From positions 1 through 64,000 of IMG/VR virus record IMGVR_UViG_3300046820_002290: 64,000 nt of DNA; one strand, 5' to 3'. Position numbers and translations under genes: made by a program. Every line of letters starts with the position of its first letter. Within the stretch, counting starts at the first letter, position 1. Source of the DNA: a virus. The notes below the pieces were generated by a model. That model did not search any database. It was not told where the DNA came from and saw only the letters and a program-made list of their open reading frames with translations. This document shows positions 61,521 through 64,000 of the stretch, in pieces.

Positions 61521-63839
61521 ATGCCCGCCTTACCCGTTGATTTCGATCCGTACAATCCGATTCCAAACGGACCGTTTTACTCCCCCCTAACCTATTACCT
61601 GCAAGGTCCGGTTGGCCCTTTGGTAGTTGGTTCGGGTCTGTCCGTCAGTCTGCAAGGTGTAATCAGTGCCACCGGTGGTGGCGGTGGTGGTGGCACAGTG
61701 ACTTCCATCACTGCCGGCCTAGGTCTGACCGGCGGAACCATCACTGGCTCGGGAACTATCAGCCTTGCTCCTAGCGGCGTGGTCGCTGGCGCTTACACCT
61801 ACCCTGCGCTTTCGGTAGACTCTTTCGGGCGTATTACGTCCATCATGAGTGGCAGCCCCGTTACCAGCATCTCTGCTAGCGTTCCCCTGCTTCTGACTGG
61901 CTCCCCCACTTCCCCAACTATTTCGATCCAGCCTGCGTCTACTTCGCAAACAGGATCCGTACAACTCAATAATACGACCACCAGCACCCTTACCAACCAA
62001 GCCCTGACCGCTGCTGCTGGTAAGAGCCTGCAAGATCAAATCAATGCCGTTGCACAAAATGCCAACGGCCTGGTTCTGGCTGGCACTCTAAACGCTGCTA
62101 CTGGCAATGTTGCCAACGCAACTACCGCTGGCGTTTCCGCTGGTTTTACCGCTGGTTCCCCTGTTCCCGCTGCTTCGCCGGCAATCAATGATTACTATGT
62201 AATCGTCACCACTGCTGCCGCTTCTTATACTCCGACTGGCGGAGCTACCATCACTGGCGTAAACGTTGGTGACTACATCCTGTGCTCCAGCGGCGCTTGG
62301 ACCATCCTGCGTGTCGGACCCATCACAGGTGCTTACGCCACAACAACCACCGCTGGTGTGGTTGAACTGGCGACCTCCGCTGAGGCCATCACCGGTACCG
62401 ATCCAAACGCAGTTCTGACTCCGTTCACTGGTACTGCTACTTACGTTGCCCGTAAGTGCTTCACCGGTCCTGGTCAGATTCTGGCAAGTAACGGTAACGC
62501 AACTTATGCCGCTCTTGGATCGGGCATTGACGGTCAAGTTTTGACCGCTGACTCTTCCGCTCCCCTCGGCGTCAAGTGGGCACCTGGTGGTGGTGGTGGT
62601 GGTGCCAGCATTAACATGAGCTTCCTGGCTCCGATCACTGGTACTACCAACCCCTACAGTGGTGGCGTCGTGGCAGTAGGTATCAATACTGCCTCCACAA
62701 CTGCTCTGGGTGCTGTCCAGCTAGCTGACACTGCCGCCACTCAAGCTGGTGTATCTCCTTCCCTTGTGGTAACTTCGCTGGGCGCAGCAAGCACTTACAT
62801 CCCTTTCTGCGACTTTACGGCAAAAGGTCAACTGATTGTCGCCTCAGGTCCCAATGCTTACGCCATGGAGCCTCCTGGTGCTGACGGTCTGGCTCTGGTG
62901 GCTTGCGCCGCTTGCGCCAATGGCGTTACTTATGCCAACCCTCTGGCTGTTGCGACTCCCTCTACTCTTGGTGCGTTCAAAGGATTCGCTGCCGGTACCG
63001 GTGGCAACCTGTCCCTTGGTGGCTCCGCTCTAGCCGGCATCGGCGCTGGTGTCGCTAACACTGCCCTCGGTGTTCAATCTGCCACCACCCTTACCACCGG
63101 TAACGGTAACACCGTAGTTGGTAATGGCGCTCTTGCTCTTGATACCACCGGTAGCTGCAACGTGGCGATGGGTGTTTGCGCCCTTTACTCCACTGTTGGC
63201 GGCGAAGGTAACACCGCTCTTGGTACCGGCGCTGGCGCCACGATGACCAGCGGTGACTTCAACGTTCTGATTGGTTTCTGCGCAGGTGACGTAGTAACTA
63301 CGGGTTGTTACAACATCGCCATCGGTGCCAACGCAATGGGCACCACGGCCACAACCGGTTGCAATAACGTTCTGGTTGGCTGCGGCGCCGGTAACAACGT
63401 CACCACCCAGAGCAATCAGATTGTCATCGGTGCGGGCAACTCCTGCACAACAGGAACCGCAAACGGCGGCGCAACATTCGCGTTCGGCGGTGGTTGCTCC
63501 ATCTATGCCGCAGCTCAAGCTGCTGGCACAGCCGTCTGGACTTCTGTGTCCGACCAAAGCCTAAAGGAAGACGTTGCTGACTTGGCGCTGGGCCTCGACT
63601 TTGTGGGTCAGCTTCAGCCACGCACCTACACCTGGAAGGCAGACGGTGGCAAGTCCGCTGGTTTCATCGCTCAGGAAGCTGCTGCTGTTGTAGATGCTCA
63701 CGGCGCCGATTATCTCGGTTTCGTTGACAAGTCTAACGAACTCTGGGGTGTTGGTCCTGCCGCTCTCATTCCAGTCCTGGTGAATGCCATCAAGGAACTG
63801 AAGGCCGAAGTAGATGAACTGAAAGCCAAACTTGGCTGA
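61521..63839 (+). CDS. tail fibre with YadA-like repeats and C-terminal S74 intramolecular chaperone
   Basis: SDQSLKED..L.GL....L.P..Y.W..GFIAQE...LVNAIKEL. Confidence 0.87.
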   Translation: MPALPVDFDPYNPIPNGPFYSPLTYYLQGPVGPLVVGSGLSVSLQGVISATGGGGGGGTVTSITAGLGLTGGTITGSGTISLAPSGVVAGAYTYPALSVDSFGRITSIMSGSPVTSISASVPLLLTGSPTSPTISIQPASTSQTGSVQLNNTTTSTLTNQALTAAAGKSLQDQINAVAQNANGLVLAGTLNAATGNVANATTAGVSAGFTAGSPVPAASPAINDYYVIVTTAAASYTPTGGATITGVNVGDYILCSSGAWTILRVGPITGAYATTTTAGVVELATSAEAITGTDPNAVLTPFTGTATYVARKCFTGPGQILASNGNATYAALGSGIDGQVLTADSSAPLGVKWAPGGGGGGASINMSFLAPITGTTNPYSGGVVAVGINTASTTALGAVQLADTAATQAGVSPSLVVTSLGAASTYIPFCDFTAKGQLIVASGPNAYAMEPPGADGLALVACAACANGVTYANPLAVATPSTLGAFKGFAAGTGGNLSLGGSALAGIGAGVANTALGVQSATTLTTGNGNTVVGNGALALDTTGSCNVAMGVCALYSTVGGEGNTALGTGAGATMTSGDFNVLIGFCAGDVVTTGCYNIAIGANAMGTTATTGCNNVLVGCGAGNNVTTQSNQIVIGAGNSCTTGTANGGATFAFGGGCSIYAAAQAAGTAVWTSVSDQSLKEDVADLALGLDFVGQLQPRTYTWKADGGKSAGFIAQEAAAVVDAHGADYLGFVDKSNELWGVGPAALIPVLVNAIKELKAEVDELKAKLG

Positions 63840-63861
63840 GTGCAAATAAAATAAGAAAGAC

Positions 63862-63885
63862 GGGGAGGGAAACCTCCCCATTTTT
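63862..63885 (+). terminator. intrinsic terminator
   Basis: GGGGAGG-GAAA-CCTCCCC-A-TTTTT. Confidence 0.8.
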
Positions 63886-63897
63886 GTAGATAGCAAC

Positions 63898-63905
63898 GGG
63901 TAAAA
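63898..63905 (+). promoter_or_regulatory. GGGTAAAA box
   Basis: Motif starts 33 nt before ATG 63931. Confidence 0.78.
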
Positions 63906-63930
63906 CCAGTTATACGAACTTGTGGTGACT

Positions 63931-64000
63931 ATGGCGCTTCCGATTCGCCCGAACAACCCAAACATCCCCATTCCAAACAGCACGTTTTCTTCTCCGTTAA
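63931..64000 (+). CDS. next fibre paralog, truncated by the window edge
   Basis: MALPIRPNNPNIPIPNSTFSSPL shares the PIPNxxF anchor. Confidence 0.7.
   Translation, partial: MALPIRPNNPNIPIPNSTFSSPL

Noticed and set aside
10863-63557. Long minus-strand ORFs (e.g. 11589-13169, 16970-17959, 18005-18958, 39852-40391, 58526-59239, 59870-60619)
   Set aside because: They lie antisense to strongly codon-biased structural genes, have no recognisable motifs and no promoter boxes; they are shadow ORFs

Overview
This is a 64-kb segment of a large, apparently lytic myovirus, most likely a picocyanobacterial (Synechococcus/Cyanobium-type) phage; all credible genes are on the + strand. The left end carries replication genes: a GyrA/ParC-like topoisomerase subunit and a family-A DNA polymerase of the mitochondrial Pol-gamma type. 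The remainder is a rearranged morphogenesis region. It has a Mu-like head (DUF935 portal, protease-scaffold, gpF-like protein, decoration protein, major capsid), a contractile tail (frameshifting chaperone, 1313-aa sheath, tube, gp25, baseplate J, spike), terminase, PhoH and three free-standing homing endonucleases. It also has many fibre-like genes, one ending in a GH18 glycosidase and one in an S74 chaperone. Signals read directly from the sequence: (i) a GGGTAAAA box found 20 times, always just upstream of a gene start (putative phage late promoter), and a separate NTTTAC-N16/17-TATAAT early class; (ii) a candidate capsid-cargo system, in which [FYH]-[ASG]-E motifs recur 13 times in the protease-scaffold and again in a cluster of small genes (46.5-50.1 kb), several of which share an N-terminal leader; (iii) a C CCA AAC -1 frameshift; (iv) an overlapping terminator/promoter/RBS switch in front of a GIY-YIG endonuclease. 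I saw no tRNA, rRNA, CRISPR array or integrase. Family assignments are by motif recognition only; no searches were run.
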